Shown: positions 63,101 through 64,000 of the stretch, one piece after another | Layout: each line of letters begins with the position of its first letter | How positions within the stretch are numbered: the first letter of the stretch is position 1 | DNA from: Takakia lepidozioides | Taxonomy: Eukaryota; Plantae; Bryophyta | NCBI GenBank assembly: GCA_030704615.1 | Contig: CM060734.1 | Coordinates: 34,658,001-34,722,000, forward strand | Reading direction: 5' to 3' | Length of the DNA stretch: 64,000 nt | Made by a program: the position numbers and the translations under genes | Notes under the pieces: generated by a model | Told to the model about the DNA's origin: nothing | Database searches by the model: none | What the model saw: only the letters and a program-made list of their open reading frames with translations

Positions 63101-64000
63101 CAAGCGTGACTCATGGTGTTACTTCAGCCTGAAGGGCTGCCTTCCGTTTCGAAGTGGATACCTTCTAGCGGCTGTAACCAGGGCATCGGTGTTGCCCAAC
63201 CCTCTCCCAAGGACTCGAAAGTCCCCAGGTACCACACATTAAGTAACCAATTGACTCAATTACCCCCGTTTTATAGCTGGGTTGGGCATAGTGAGTGATA
63301 TCCAACATGCACCTATGTGGCATTTAGAACCCACGACCACTTGTAAGGCAACCTTGTGCCCTAACCACTGTGCCATCTATAAAACACATCCTGTGACATT
63401 GTTTGTGTGTGGATTCTTGCACTTCTGGGCACATGCAGAGATAGGGTGCCAGAGTGGGAAAGAGTGAGATCCAAATGATTTCAGAGTGATCCACAGTCTT
63501 GGCCAATTGGGATACAAACTTGTGGAACTTTCATTGGTTCGGGGGCAGACTGTGAAAAATTCACCAACAGAAGCCATTGGGGTGGGTGCAGGCAGGGCTT
63601 GGGAACATGTTTGGTGGCATGCAGGGCATGCAAGGATTGTATGACACAGTCAGAAAGGCCCAGCAAGTTGTCCAGGTGGAAGCTGTCCGTGTGCAAAAAG
63701 AGCTTGCAGCGTATGTAGTCACATTTTAATTATTTTCCCCTTTGTTCTGGTTACACACTCTCCGATTTTTGGTGCACCTGGTCTCATAGTGCCTGCAGTA
63801 GTCTCATTCATGATGTTTCGCTCTCTTTTGGGCCTTGAGTGTTATTTTGTTCCCGAAACGTGATCAATAAACGAACGGATTTGTCAATAAAGGTAGCATC
63901 CTCATTTTATATGGTATTCAAATCAGTGTACCACATCTGCGAAAATAGAAGTGCAGGATAAAAAATCTCTTGGAAATCTAGTATTAGAATCAGTGTGGTA

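Noticed and set aside
60400-64000. Short ORFs (e.g. 60847-61200, 61690-61974, 62175-62456)
   Set aside because: No identifiable family motifs or consistent exon chain.

Overview
Eukaryotic, repeat-dense, nested-transposon region, most likely from a non-flowering land plant (moss/lycophyte/fern-like PLS-class PPR fragments, spliceosomal introns, CACTA/MULE/pogo/Ty3-gypsy elements). It contains: the 3' LTR of an upstream element (19-662); a full-length but decayed ~13 kb non-chromovirus Ty3/gypsy element with extra 5' and 3' ORFs (823-13801); a TSD-flanked non-autonomous CACTA (15153-16457); a pogo-like DDE transposase pseudogene; one apparently intact two-exon host gene of the fatty-acid-hydroxylase/sterol-desaturase family (20802-22096); a minus-strand gypsy pol with a dUTPase-like domain; a rearranged CACTA whose transposase is split by a 5.9 kb Pack-CACTA carrying PPR fragments; and a probable ~17 kb MuDR-like element. 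Nested in that element is the most striking feature, a Ty3/gypsy retrotransposon whose polyprotein reads Gag-protease-C5 cytosine DNA methyltransferase (DNMT3-like)-RT-RNase H-integrase-PHD finger. This copy is inactivated by stops, frameshifts, a catalytic Cys->Tyr change and an internal inversion. All family assignments come from motif recognition by eye; no searches were run.
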